Shown here in pieces: positions 9,259 through 19,413 of a stretch of 64,000 nt of DNA (its first letter is position 1; each line of letters opens with the position of its first letter). The stretch comes from a phage. Location: NCBI GenBank assembly GCA_024673055.1, contig GCA_024673055.1_4537.1; one strand, given 5' to 3'. Under the pieces are notes generated by a model. That model saw nothing but the letters and a program-made list of their open reading frames with translations. It did no database searches and was not told the DNA's origin. Made by a program: the position numbers and the translations under genes.

Positions 9259-9651
9259 ATGACTGAACGTTCTAAGATAGCTGTTGAAACTGTTTATGGA
9301 AACTATACCAGTTTGACACTAGTTGAGAAAAATGTTGTAGGTCTTGACAACTCTTTTTATTTTCAAATTTTGGTTATTCAAGGTGGAAACAAGAAGCTAA
9401 CTGCTCGTGTTGAAACATCTGAAATAATTGAAACCACTGTTACAAACAAAGAATTCATTTCACTGCAAGATACAATCCGAAACGTTATAGACGAAGAAGG
9501 CAAAGCTGCCACAATTAAACTCGGAGGTTTTCCAGTGCAAATAGTTCATTTCCCTAATGGTGAAATTGGAGTTGGAATAGGTAAAGGTAAATACCTGTTA
9601 GAGCAAGATGATATGGAAAGACTCCGCTCTTTCTGTGCAAAATTAATGTAA
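9259..9651 (+). CDS. Hypothetical protein
   Basis: 130 aa ORF in operon context. Confidence 0.5.
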   Translation: MTERSKIAVETVYGNYTSLTLVEKNVVGLDNSFYFQILVIQGGNKKLTARVETSEIIETTVTNKEFISLQDTIRNVIDEEGKAATIKLGGFPVQIVHFPNGEIGVGIGKGKYLLEQDDMERLRSFCAKLM

Positions 9652-9667
9652 TGTAGAGGAGATAATA

Positions 9668-10600
9668 ATGTCCGTAATTAATACTGAAACTGATCGTAAA
9701 GGCAAAACCGTAACTTATGCAACTGGTATCGTAGACTACGTTAAACTGGATAAATTCGCTGAACCTAAAACTTTTCATTGGGAAGGAAAAACGATTGTTT
9801 CAACTCACCGAGCTTCTCTTGTTCTGAAAGAGAAAGGTGCTAAACCAGATGAGAAAGGTGTTTGGATTTCTCTTGGTGACATTGAACTGAAAGAAGGTTA
9901 TGAAAACCTGCAAGTCAAAGAAGGTGATAATTGGATCACTATTGAAAAAGGTGTAGAAGTAAGTATTGATATTGATCGCGTTGATAATAAAGGCGGTAAA
10001 ACTTACTACAATACTAAAAAATCTCGTATTACAGTATTGTCTACCGATGGTGTTCAGAAGTCTAACAAATCTTCTGGCAATAAAGGTTCCAACGATGCTG
10101 CTCCTAAGCAATCCTATAAAAAACGTGATACTGTAGGTCTGGAAACTGGTCACGCAGTAAATGGTGCACTGGAACTGATTCGTAATGGTGTTAAAGGCGA
10201 TGCTTTCGATATCGCTGGGGTTGTTCAATCTGCAACTGTCACGCTGAAATCGGAAATTGCTGAATCTCGTGGCGTTGATATTAATGATTATGATCTTGGG
10301 GCATCTGTTGGTCACGCTATTCTTAATGCTTGTAAAGACCATACCATTAAGACTGTATCTGTAGAAGATCTGATTGACTCTGCTCGTAAAGTTCTAGCTC
10401 TGTCTGATAAAGTTGCTGCTGCCATTCGTGGTTCCGCAGAACAACCTAAGAAAGAAGAGAAGAAAGAAGTTAAAAAGCCTGAACCACAACCAGAACCAAC
10501 TCCAAGTAATCAAGAAGAACCTCCAATGGACTTCGACGATGATATTCCATTTGCTCCTATTGGACTGCAATATGGTCGAAACTTCCTGCATTGCTTCTAA
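9668..10600 (+). CDS. Putative single-stranded DNA-binding protein
   Basis: Acidic C-terminal region containing the E. coli SSB-type motif DFDDDIPF, Lys-rich linker, position in the replication module. Assignment is inferred. Confidence 0.45.
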   Translation: MSVINTETDRKGKTVTYATGIVDYVKLDKFAEPKTFHWEGKTIVSTHRASLVLKEKGAKPDEKGVWISLGDIELKEGYENLQVKEGDNWITIEKGVEVSIDIDRVDNKGGKTYYNTKKSRITVLSTDGVQKSNKSSGNKGSNDAAPKQSYKKRDTVGLETGHAVNGALELIRNGVKGDAFDIAGVVQSATVTLKSEIAESRGVDINDYDLGASVGHAILNACKDHTIKTVSVEDLIDSARKVLALSDKVAAAIRGSAEQPKKEEKKEVKKPEPQPEPTPSNQEEPPMDFDDDIPFAPIGLQYGRNFLHCF

Positions 10601-10640
10601 GGTTTGTTTCAAGTGTGTGAGGTTGAACGCTGAATAAAAG

Positions 10641-10670
10641 AAAGGAGCCATTTGGCTCCTTTTCTTATTT
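10641..10670. terminator. Bidirectional rho-independent terminator at the convergence of plus and minus gene blocks
   Basis: Perfect 9-bp inverted repeat AAAGGAGCC / GGCTCCTTT with a 4-nt loop, flanked by A-run and T-run; lies between the stops of convergent genes. Confidence 0.6.
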
Positions 10671-13337
10671 ATAATTGGAAGGAATGTTGTTATAATCAGA
10701 AAGTTTTGTGCAATACCTGAATAGGTAACTATTAGCTACTCCGCCTAATGTATTTGTTAATGTTGTTCCTGTTCCTGTAAGATTTGTGCATCCACTAAAG
10801 AAAGAAGATAATGCTCCACGTTTACCACAAACAGTTAACCCTGGGTTGTCATTAAAGATTTTATTAAAATCTGTAAGTGCTAAACAACCTTGGAATGTGG
10901 CTGTTAAAGAGGTCACTTTCGTTGGAATATTATCAAACATTCCTGCTGGAACTTCTGCAAGAGAGGTGCAATCTTTAAAGGTGTAAGAATATCTTGTAAC
11001 TTTTGATAGATTCTTAAATAAATCTGAAGGAATAGATGTTAAAGATGTACAACCTTCAAACGTGCTTGACATTGTTGTCATTGAAGGAAATAAAGCATCA
11101 CTGAATAATCCTTCAGGGATAGCTGTCAAACTTGTGCAGCCAGAGAAGATACCGCTTATAGATGTTCCGGTGTAAGATGTGTTACTAAAACAATCAGAAG
11201 TTATTCGTCTTAAGTTAGCACAACCTTTTAAGAATTGTGAGGCTGGGCTTGTAGAATAACCAATTCTGTTGCCGCCCCATAATTCTAAAAGATCTGGATT
11301 TGCTTCCATAGACACATCAACACTATTCACTACTGAAGCACTTGCAAATTCAATAGCCAGTCTATATTCTCCTGCTGGATAACTATCCACTGTAGAGAAA
11401 GCTTTATTTCTAAATATTACTTTATTTGAAGGTATTACAACGTCATCCACCTTAACTACAAAGTTAGCTGGTGTGACAGTACCCGATAAAATTGGGAACG
11501 TAATTGCCCCATCTGCCGAGTGGTTGAAATATCCGTTTAGAACCGTTAAACTACTACTCGGAGATGGAGCTAACTCCTTTCCCGCAACAGCGTTCACCGT
11601 TAAATAAGAACTATCAGAAGCGGTAACAACACCTTGATATGTAGCTGTGCAACCAATCCTACAACCACCATCACCAACACCAGTTATTACACCAGTTGTA
11701 GGATCTACTGTAGCAACACTAGGATCTGTAGTTGTATACTCAACAACCATACCAGGTAAGCTTGCTGCTCCTGTTGGTGTTATTTCTGCTACCATTGTTT
11801 GTGTTGTTCCTACATCCATCGCAGATAAGCTAGGGGTGTAAACACTCAATGTTGAAGCATACCCTCCAGAGGTATCTGATAAAGTTGTTCCTTCAGCGTT
11901 TAAGGCTGTCATACCTGCATCAAAACCACCTTCTGCATGGAAAGTCATTAAACCAGTAGATGATATTGTCATGTTTGCAGGGGCAGAAGAAGTGTATTTA
12001 ATATTGAAAAGTTTACCTCCTTCTGGGCTAACAGAATGTGTCAACTGTTTAGTTCCACCTACAATACAAATTCCTAAAGAATCTGTAGTTAAGCTAGTTG
12101 CCAGCACATCTCCCGTAATCACAGAGCTTGCTATCGGTGTGAATTTATTATAATTTAGACCACTGTTGAACAGATACGAGGCTTTCCCATCTTTCCAAAT
12201 ACCGGAATAATACATATCCCCGTTATAAACGAAAAAGGTTCCTTGATAACCTAATTGGTTAGTAATATCCATATTCAGCGTATGAACGCTTGTGAGCTTG
12301 TTTATATCCCAGGAACCCACTCCTTCAGGTTTAACTGGTTTTCCCACTTGGAGTGGATCTCCGCTCGCAGAATCATACCCCAAACCTAAGTTTGCAGTGT
12401 AGTTCTTACCAATAGCCCACAAGGAATTATTGATCCCAACGAAAAAAGAGTGGCGGCTTGGTGGAAATTTCCATGTTGAGAAACCTGCTGCAAAGGTGTC
12501 CAGTTTAGTGTAGGTTGTTTCTGTATTAGACCTAACATATAAGTAGTTTACTGTACCCGTGCCGCCGGAGGTATCTCCTACAACTATTGTCTGGGAAACT
12601 GTATTGATGTAATCTTTGACATACACTGTTTCAGTAGTGGATATCGTGGCATTGACAAAAGCGGTTGTTGTGTTATTATTACCTGCTAAACCTTTACTAG
12701 CTCCACAAACACGCAAGGTTCCCACATTGTTGACATAAGAGCATTGGTTGTAACCTGCATCAAAAGCAACTGCTGAACTTGTTATCTGACGAGGAGTAGA
12801 AACTTCGTTAGTAGTGCTTGCACCTAAACTACCTACTGTGTTTTGACCCGATCCATAAAGAACACCACTATTCATTAACCAGAGAGTATTGTTATACCCT
12901 CCTTTAACCTCTTTAAGATTGGCTAAAGAAATAGTCCCTGTTATTACAGATGGAAAGCTGGTCCAAGTAGTTACACATGCATCCGTACCACCTGCTGCTA
13001 TAGATCCTACCAACCCTGCTGTCAATCCTGAATATTGCCATCCCCCACTATTAGTTTTAATAACAAAACAACGATCTGCGGTAAACACATCCGCTACTAC
13101 AGTAGAAGCTAAGTGGAAATTATTGAATCGTGCACTACGAGTTCCATCTGCAATCTCACCAAAGAGGTTTGCGCCTTGAGTAAACAATCTACCATCATTA
13201 AGCAAAATTGCTAAACTACTGTTAGAATTACCAGCGTTATCTGGGTAATCTAAAGTAATTACTTTTTTAACAATACCTGCTGGCAGAGGAACGACACCAG
13301 TACTGGTCATAATAGTAAATATTGGAATTGGAAACAT
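10665..13337 (-). CDS. Receptor-binding tail protein with Ig-like (Big_2-like) and BspA-type leucine-rich-repeat C-terminal domains
   Basis: C-terminal tandem repeats F-x-GC-TSLT-x-IP-x-x-LF (five or more copies), a Big_2-like segment (VAEITPTGAASLPGMVVEYTTTDPSVATVD) and N-terminal RCC1-like G-x-N-x-x-G-x-LG motifs. Confidence 0.6.
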   Translation of the reverse strand: MFPIPIFTIMTSTGVVPLPAGIVKKVITLDYPDNAGNSNSSLAILLNDGRLFTQGANLFGEIADGTRSARFNNFHLASTVVADVFTADRCFVIKTNSGGWQYSGLTAGLVGSIAAGGTDACVTTWTSFPSVITGTISLANLKEVKGGYNNTLWLMNSGVLYGSGQNTVGSLGASTTNEVSTPRQITSSAVAFDAGYNQCSYVNNVGTLRVCGASKGLAGNNNTTTAFVNATISTTETVYVKDYINTVSQTIVVGDTSGGTGTVNYLYVRSNTETTYTKLDTFAAGFSTWKFPPSRHSFFVGINNSLWAIGKNYTANLGLGYDSASGDPLQVGKPVKPEGVGSWDINKLTSVHTLNMDITNQLGYQGTFFVYNGDMYYSGIWKDGKASYLFNSGLNYNKFTPIASSVITGDVLATSLTTDSLGICIVGGTKQLTHSVSPEGGKLFNIKYTSSAPANMTISSTGLMTFHAEGGFDAGMTALNAEGTTLSDTSGGYASTLSVYTPSLSAMDVGTTQTMVAEITPTGAASLPGMVVEYTTTDPSVATVDPTTGVITGVGDGGCRIGCTATYQGVVTASDSSYLTVNAVAGKELAPSPSSSLTVLNGYFNHSADGAITFPILSGTVTPANFVVKVDDVVIPSNKVIFRNKAFSTVDSYPAGEYRLAIEFASASVVNSVDVSMEANPDLLELWGGNRIGYSTSPASQFLKGCANLRRITSDCFSNTSYTGTSISGIFSGCTSLTAIPEGLFSDALFPSMTTMSSTFEGCTSLTSIPSDLFKNLSKVTRYSYTFKDCTSLAEVPAGMFDNIPTKVTSLTATFQGCLALTDFNKIFNDNPGLTVCGKRGALSSFFSGCTNLTGTGTTLTNTLGGVANSYLFRYCTKLSDYNNIPSNYK

Positions 13338-13344
13338 TTAAACC

Positions 13345-13376
13345 CTCCATAAAAAGAAAGCCCCTTTCGGGGCTTC
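13345..13376 (-). terminator. Rho-independent terminator (minus strand)
   Basis: AAGCCCC-TTTC-GGGGCTT hairpin with a T-run on the minus strand, downstream of the collagen-like fibre gene. Confidence 0.45.
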
Positions 13377-13378
13377 TG

Positions 13379-15403
13379 TTATCGTGTTACAACAACCATG
13401 TCCACGACATTACCCACACCAGGATACGTTAATTGCAAAATTGTTACTGCGTTAGCAGTAGTTGCTATTTCTGTATCATTCAGTGCTCCATAAGACGCAT
13501 CTAGTGTAACCGTGTGTCCCGTTGTATCTTGAATCAAATAAATCATTGCTGAAAACGCTTTAGGCTTTGTAGAGCCAGTGACACCAGGCCATGCTCCAAC
13601 TGTTAAAGCATCGGTTACTGTAACAACATACATATTGGAAGTTCCAGAAGGAGTCCAAGATGCTCCAGAGTTGGCAGTAGTTGTTTCAAGTTCCATGAAA
13701 CCTGCTGTAACTCTAGTTGGTGTTATAGCTTCCGTAGGATCTGATCCTGATATTTCAATCCAGTTCCCATCAGAACGACCATACGTCAAGCCGTCTTGAG
13801 GTGCTTCTGGTATACTAGGAAGAGTTCCTATAAGTGTCCAAGTAGAAGAATCTGTTTTCTTGAACACTGCTCCAGTGGTAGTATTGAAGGCGTAATCATT
13901 GATAACACCGTCTCCTGCGACTGGATTAGTTGTTGCTACAAACCACTGTGCGCCGTCCTTACCGTTGGTCCCATCAGTACCGTTGGTTCCGTTTGTTCCA
14001 GGATCACCCTTATCTCCTTTATCCCCTTTTTCACCTTTGTCGCCTTTAATACTTCCCATGTCAATAAAAGATGCGGAATTGGTGTCTTGATCGTAGGTAT
14101 AGATGTAAAGATTACTAGTGTCTTCAGTTAAATAGGCATCGCCATAGTTATTATAAACAGGGAGAGCTTCACTGTTCGGAACATGACCTTTAGCTGTAAT
14201 TGATGTTCCTCCAAGACTGCCAACATTCATCCATTCCGTAGCATCTTGAACCCAAACATATAAATCATTATTAATTTTATATGCATCACCCACTTCTCCG
14301 GTAGGAGGAAGTTCAGCTTCACTGTTCAGAACCCCGATAATATCTAAGCCTGATCCTGTTGCACCCACTGGTCCTTGTGGACCTAGTTCACCTTGTGGAC
14401 CTCGCTCTCCTTGATCACCCTTGTCTCCTTTTGGACCTTTAAGTGAGGCAATAAAATCTACTTCTGTCCCTTCATTACCAGCATCCAGCCAACTTTGATA
14501 TGCAGATTTCCCTTCATCTCCATCTGTTCCATCAAGACCGTCTTTACCTGCCTCACCTTGTGGACCTTGAGGACCAACAATATTACCCATGTTGACCCAA
14601 GCTGTCCCATTAGAAACATAAAGATTACCATTGATAGAATAAGCTTGACTTACGTTTTCAGAGTTTGGTTGTGGTAAGTTACTTGTAGAAGGCAAATCCC
14701 CACGATAATCAAAACCGTTGGCGTTAACACCAGGTGCTCCCTGTGGCCCTGTAGGACCAACATCACCTTTATCACCTTTTATAGAGGTAAGAAAATCATA
14801 AACAGATCCTGTATTACCATCTGCCAACCATACCTCGTAAGCTGATTTACCTTCTGGCCCAAGAGAAGAAATAAGTTTCCAAACAGAACCATCCCAAGCG
14901 TAGATTACATCACCTACGATATAACCATCCCCTGCAACGTTACCTGTGGATGGTAGTTCACTAGTGCTTGCTAATGATCCTTTAATATTAAGTTGAGCAC
15001 CAGTATCCCCTTTCAAAGAAGCAAGCCATTGTGCTTCTGTTCCAACAAAACCATTATCAAGCGCGATCTGATAAGCCGATTTACCAGCTTCAGGTATTGT
15101 TTCCGACAGATCATCAATCTGTTGCTGCATTGCCGTAAACTTGGCATTGATAATTGCTATATCATCAGCGGTCCCAACACTTTGCCATGCAAGGGAAGAA
15201 ATACCACCTGTGGTGGCTGGCGTAGAGTTTGCTGGAACAACTTTAGGAAAAGTTCCTTTCCATTGGTAATAATTCCCTTCTGCTGCTAACAGCAAAACTT
15301 CACGGGAATTACGTAATGTAAAACCTGCCTCAAAGCTGCGACGTTTTCGATAAGTAGCTTCTACCAGATCGGCTATCGCACTATTAGGTCTTGTTAAATT
15401 CAT
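13379..15403 (-). CDS. Tail fibre protein with collagen-like Gly-X-Y repeats
   Basis: Several G-X-Y runs (GPQGPQGEAGKDGLDGTDG; KGDKGEKGDKGDKGDPGTNGTNGTDG), a thrice-repeated module KSAY..WL..G..G...DF..SLKG, and a conserved fibre N-terminal motif (YQWKGTFPKVVPANSTPATTGG). Confidence 0.7.
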   Translation of the reverse strand: MNLTRPNSAIADLVEATYRKRRSFEAGFTLRNSREVLLLAAEGNYYQWKGTFPKVVPANSTPATTGGISSLAWQSVGTADDIAIINAKFTAMQQQIDDLSETIPEAGKSAYQIALDNGFVGTEAQWLASLKGDTGAQLNIKGSLASTSELPSTGNVAGDGYIVGDVIYAWDGSVWKLISSLGPEGKSAYEVWLADGNTGSVYDFLTSIKGDKGDVGPTGPQGAPGVNANGFDYRGDLPSTSNLPQPNSENVSQAYSINGNLYVSNGTAWVNMGNIVGPQGPQGEAGKDGLDGTDGDEGKSAYQSWLDAGNEGTEVDFIASLKGPKGDKGDQGERGPQGELGPQGPVGATGSGLDIIGVLNSEAELPPTGEVGDAYKINNDLYVWVQDATEWMNVGSLGGTSITAKGHVPNSEALPVYNNYGDAYLTEDTSNLYIYTYDQDTNSASFIDMGSIKGDKGEKGDKGDKGDPGTNGTNGTDGTNGKDGAQWFVATTNPVAGDGVINDYAFNTTTGAVFKKTDSSTWTLIGTLPSIPEAPQDGLTYGRSDGNWIEISGSDPTEAITPTRVTAGFMELETTTANSGASWTPSGTSNMYVVTVTDALTVGAWPGVTGSTKPKAFSAMIYLIQDTTGHTVTLDASYGALNDTEIATTANAVTILQLTYPGVGNVVDMVVVTR

Positions 15404-15437
15404 TTATCTCTCCTATCATTAGACCATTCTATTGGAA

Positions 15438-15460
15438 GAAGAGGGGGAATCCCCCCTCTA
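15438..15460 (-). terminator. Terminator-like hairpin (minus strand)
   Basis: AGAGGGGG / CCCCCTCT inverted repeat between the tailspike and fibre genes. Confidence 0.35.
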
Positions 15461-15465
15461 TTCCA

Positions 15466-18400
15466 TTAGGTTGTTGGCACATCTACTACTGGCGTTGGGC
15501 GAATAACCGCAGTATTACCTACAGAAACATTACTGGAATCATTAGGTATGGTTTTAATTCTAACTCCAGCACTTGTAGGCGTTACAATTGGATCTGCAAT
15601 GTCTATTTTAACTGGGTTAGTCCACGTATCATTATCTTGATAAGGTGCACGAGTAATAACTGTGTCCAAATCTGCTCCACCTACACCAGCGCCAGGAATA
15701 CGGATACGTGTCCCTGCTGACAGAGGGTAATGATACAACCAAGAAGCATTTGTTGCTGTCCCGTTAGGAGTCAAGTTCTGTGTCAGGAAGGTATCTCCTG
15801 CCTGTGTAGCTCGAATACCGAAAGCTGGAATATCTGGAATATATGCCCCACTTGTTGTTACAAGGAAGAACGTATTATCCGCCTTGACTATCATATCACC
15901 TTTGTCAAACTCTTTCCCTGTTGGGAAATGCATTCCATCAATGTTTCGACTAGGATTAGGCTCTAAGTAATAAACTTTGCCCGTTGTCCCTACAATAGCT
16001 CCAATACCACCTGCGATATTGGTATACATATTAGCTTCAACATTACAGTTGACACGATGAATATCCGAGTAACGGCAACGGCTCCACTGTGGACGACCAG
16101 TAACCATCGTCTTGCCATCTGGGTAACAGTTTACGTTAACCATTTCAAGAACAGATTTTTCTCTACGGAAGAATCCATCATAAAATGTCCCTGGACCAGA
16201 TTCAGGTTGACCAACACAATCGAAGATATTACAGGTGATATTAGACATTGAAAGCCAAGAAGCTATACCGAACAACTGCAATGCAGCGCAACGAATATTT
16301 TCAAAGCTAACTCTGTTTTCATAACCTGGCCCAGCGGAAACTCCCGCAAAAACACGCCCAGTTTTGGTGTGAATGTTACGAACAGAATAGTTAAAACATG
16401 GATTTGAAGGTCTGCCCTGTGCCGGAACTACCGGATTACCCTCTTCGTCCAGAACTGCGTTAGTTCCCCACTCCAAATAAATCATACGGATATTACTTGC
16501 AAGTGTGCTACCGTCTGTTTTAGGCTCTCCATAAACACCGTCAATCGTAAAATCTTTACTTCCGTACATTACAACTGCGCCAGTTGCCAAACCTGTCCCA
16601 ACAGATACAGTCTGATCTGGATCGCCATGAATGTTTTCGATAGAGATATTACGACCAACTTCTACGTGGACAATCTGACGACAACGTTTTGCAAAAACGT
16701 TACGAATTGTAATATTCTTGCAATATTGATCATCAGGGATTCCGTAACCATATGGTCCTTTACCAGCTACACCGATACCGATACCCCAGTTGGACAGAGG
16801 AATAGGAGCGTTAGTCCCATCGATATTAGACAGGTAAATATTCTCAATCACACAACCATCGTCATAATGTTTATTGATGACGTTCAGTTCTATTGCATCA
16901 CCTTGCATGTCCATGAAGGTAAGGTTACGGAAGACACCACGTGTTACTGGTTCCCCTGTTCCTTGTTGAAGGATGCCATACAACCCGTTTTTAAAAGTAC
17001 AGTTATCAATTTCAAAAGTACCTGATATTGGGTTGCCTTGGAATACCAAGCTACCAACTTGACCTGCGCGAGGAGCACCGTCCCACAAACAATCGAACAT
17101 GCGCACAGCACCACCCCAATACATAACACGAGAGTTACGGAAAGTTGTGCCTTCTACTGTAGCATTTTGCACACGATAGTCGCGTTGACCACGGAACACA
17201 CCCCCACGCAAAGTGATACCTTGAATATCAAAAGAGCTTGTCGTGAAAGTCATATCGCAACCGTAAGCATCGAGAATCTTGCTTTTCGAAGCTTTTGCTG
17301 CTAACAGTGCCGCTTGGAAAGCTGCTTCTGGTGTGGTATAGGTAGTTGTATTGTTAGCAAATTCGGACAAGTAGACAACATCGAATAAATCGTTGTATGT
17401 TCCACCACGAGGGGTTAACAGTCCTTCTGTATTAGTCAGAACCCATGCATTTGGACCTAATCCTCCGCTCGTCTCCAAGGTATCGGAAGCCAAAATACTT
17501 TTTGGTAAACTTCCAGCCCAACGATAACGACCAGCGCCACGTCCAATCGTCTGATTTTTAGCTGTCAGAGTTACATTATTACCAAAGCTTGTAGGCAAAT
17601 GAACAAACTGTCCACGCTCAACAGCCAGTGCAGAAAGGTCTACAGATCCTCCAGAATAAGTCATTACTCCAGAAATAGACAAGGATGTTAAAGTGCCTGT
17701 AATGTTAGGAGGTAATGTGTAGGAAGACTGCGCTACCGGATCATACAGAGCTTTAATCCCTGTTAACGATTGACCTGCTGTTGCGTAAGCCACCTCATCA
17801 TCTAACAAACCATACTTACGAGCAATAGTTTGCAGAGGGACTTTATCCATGCTTTCTGTTAGTTCTTCCGTTTTTGTTTCTAAACTAACAAGACGGTTCT
17901 CTAGATTAGGATCTGTATCTGCTGAAGCTACGATTTTGCCAATATAAGCAAAAAGTTTGTTTGGCAGTCCTGTTGCAGGATCGTGTCCCAAAGGTTCAGA
18001 TAAGATGATCTTACTATCTTCTATACGGAAAGCTTCCCCCAGAACCTGAATAACACCATTGATCGTAACAATAGCACTATCAAAGATGTAAGGAGGACTA
18101 ATTACTGTTTCATAACCAGTTGCACCAGAATATACCCAAGGGGTGACTTCTGTTGCCAATTGTTCTGTCTTCAGTCCCCACAATACCCAGTTGTTATCTC
18201 CTACTGGAGTCCCTTGCATAGGGATTGGGTTAACCAATGTAGCGTTAGGGGCATAGTAATAACCGCTCAATACTCCATTCTGGAAATAACGAAGTTGGTT
18301 AAAAACTGTTTCGTTTGTGCCTTGCGCCCAATCCAATGGGCTTTTAAAGAAAAAGTTGTCAACAAGGGCTTTTCTCAGGGTTGGTATCAACCCTGATTCT

Positions 18401-18519
18401 GTTTCAATACTCTCTGTAGCACTTCCATTAATAACATCATGGAGTTGGTTAGATGAGAAAATAACCAGGTCTACGCCCTGTTCGAGAGACGTTGCTGGAT
18501 ATGTTGGGAATGTTGCCAT
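15466..18519 (-). CDS. Tailspike / depolymerase-like protein (right-handed beta-helix-like)
   Basis: 1017 aa with repetitive N/G/T-rich beta-helix-like segments (NITIRNVFAKRCRQIVHVEVGRNISIENIHGD). Fold is inferred. Confidence 0.6.
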   Translation of the reverse strand: MATFPTYPATSLEQGVDLVIFSSNQLHDVINGSATESIETESGLIPTLRKALVDNFFFKSPLDWAQGTNETVFNQLRYFQNGVLSGYYYAPNATLVNPIPMQGTPVGDNNWVLWGLKTEQLATEVTPWVYSGATGYETVISPPYIFDSAIVTINGVIQVLGEAFRIEDSKIILSEPLGHDPATGLPNKLFAYIGKIVASADTDPNLENRLVSLETKTEELTESMDKVPLQTIARKYGLLDDEVAYATAGQSLTGIKALYDPVAQSSYTLPPNITGTLTSLSISGVMTYSGGSVDLSALAVERGQFVHLPTSFGNNVTLTAKNQTIGRGAGRYRWAGSLPKSILASDTLETSGGLGPNAWVLTNTEGLLTPRGGTYNDLFDVVYLSEFANNTTTYTTPEAAFQAALLAAKASKSKILDAYGCDMTFTTSSFDIQGITLRGGVFRGQRDYRVQNATVEGTTFRNSRVMYWGGAVRMFDCLWDGAPRAGQVGSLVFQGNPISGTFEIDNCTFKNGLYGILQQGTGEPVTRGVFRNLTFMDMQGDAIELNVINKHYDDGCVIENIYLSNIDGTNAPIPLSNWGIGIGVAGKGPYGYGIPDDQYCKNITIRNVFAKRCRQIVHVEVGRNISIENIHGDPDQTVSVGTGLATGAVVMYGSKDFTIDGVYGEPKTDGSTLASNIRMIYLEWGTNAVLDEEGNPVVPAQGRPSNPCFNYSVRNIHTKTGRVFAGVSAGPGYENRVSFENIRCAALQLFGIASWLSMSNITCNIFDCVGQPESGPGTFYDGFFRREKSVLEMVNVNCYPDGKTMVTGRPQWSRCRYSDIHRVNCNVEANMYTNIAGGIGAIVGTTGKVYYLEPNPSRNIDGMHFPTGKEFDKGDMIVKADNTFFLVTTSGAYIPDIPAFGIRATQAGDTFLTQNLTPNGTATNASWLYHYPLSAGTRIRIPGAGVGGADLDTVITRAPYQDNDTWTNPVKIDIADPIVTPTSAGVRIKTIPNDSSNVSVGNTAVIRPTPVVDVPTT

Positions 18520-18522
18520 TAA

Positions 18523-18858
18523 TTACCCCTTATTCTGTGTACGTTTAACTATGTCATCTAGCATCATTTGGATAGTCGCATTCTTGAGGTCCATAATCTT
18601 TTCAATTTTTTGCTCAAGGGTGTTATTATTTGCCATTAATGTAGAGTTAATTTGATTTAGCATCTGGGTAAGTTCGGCTTTAGTTGCATAAGTTGATTCA
18701 ACAAAGACCAACTTCTTCTCTAGCTCTCGACTTTTCTCCTCCATTTCCTCAAGATCAGAGCCGAATTTATCCATTTTTTGTTTGAAAAAGAACCAGATGA
18801 CTCCGATTAAAGGGATTATTGCATCCTTTGCAAGTCCCCATGCTTCTTGAAATTCCAT
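18523..18858 (-). CDS. Hypothetical membrane-anchored coiled-coil protein
   Basis: N-terminal hydrophobic helix (IIPLIGVIWFFF) followed by a charged coiled-coil-like region. Confidence 0.45.
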   Translation of the reverse strand: MEFQEAWGLAKDAIIPLIGVIWFFFKQKMDKFGSDLEEMEEKSRELEKKLVFVESTYATKAELTQMLNQINSTLMANNNTLEQKIEKIMDLKNATIQMMLDDIVKRTQNKG

Positions 18859-18867
18859 AGTGATCCC

Positions 18868-19413
18868 TTATTTTGTCGGTAATGTAGGCCAATCTATAGC
18901 GTAAGGATAGTCTTTTTGAAGCGGAACACGATTTAGTTTAACTACATAAACTTGAAGATTTTTAAGATAAGCTAATTCGTCTTCAGTAGCCATTTCTAAA
19001 TCTTTAGCATACTGTAAAGGTGTTATAAGTGCTACCGCTGTTTCTTGTAAAGAGCGAATTTTTGCACTAGCTTGTGTCATCAACTCTTCACGGGAATACT
19101 CTTTATCCTTAAGAGTTAAGGTTTCTAAATCCAGAACCTTGTTCCTAATATCCTCAAAAGTATCTATATTAAAGTCTACTTGTGCTATAGAAAGATCTTC
19201 AGGGCAAAGTAGTGTAGGATCAGTATTCCAAAACACAATACGATTTTGATCATCAAAAACGACTTTCATTTTATCGTTATTGAATTCTGTGCTACGTAAA
19301 TCATACCAATCGTAACCTTGATCGCAACGAAGAAAAAGAATGTTCTCTGCTTCTACCAATTCTTTTAGTTCAGGGTCTTCAGGAATATATTTTTTAAAGT
19401 TTGTAAATATCAT
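18868..19413 (-). CDS. Putative tail fibre assembly protein (chaperone)
   Basis: Lies immediately downstream of a tail fibre gene; Tfa-like C-terminus (YVVKLNRVPLQKDYPYAIDWPTLP). Confidence 0.45.
   Translation of the reverse strand: MIFTNFKKYIPEDPELKELVEAENILFLRCDQGYDWYDLRSTEFNNDKMKVVFDDQNRIVFWNTDPTLLCPEDLSIAQVDFNIDTFEDIRNKVLDLETLTLKDKEYSREELMTQASAKIRSLQETAVALITPLQYAKDLEMATEDELAYLKNLQVYVVKLNRVPLQKDYPYAIDWPTLPTK

Noticed and set aside
13379-15403. Gly-X-Y nucleotide periodicity as a possible tandem repeat or CRISPR-like array
   Set aside because: The repeats are in-frame collagen-like coding repeats within a long ORF, with no identical direct repeats separated by unique spacers; no CRISPR array is present anywhere in the window.
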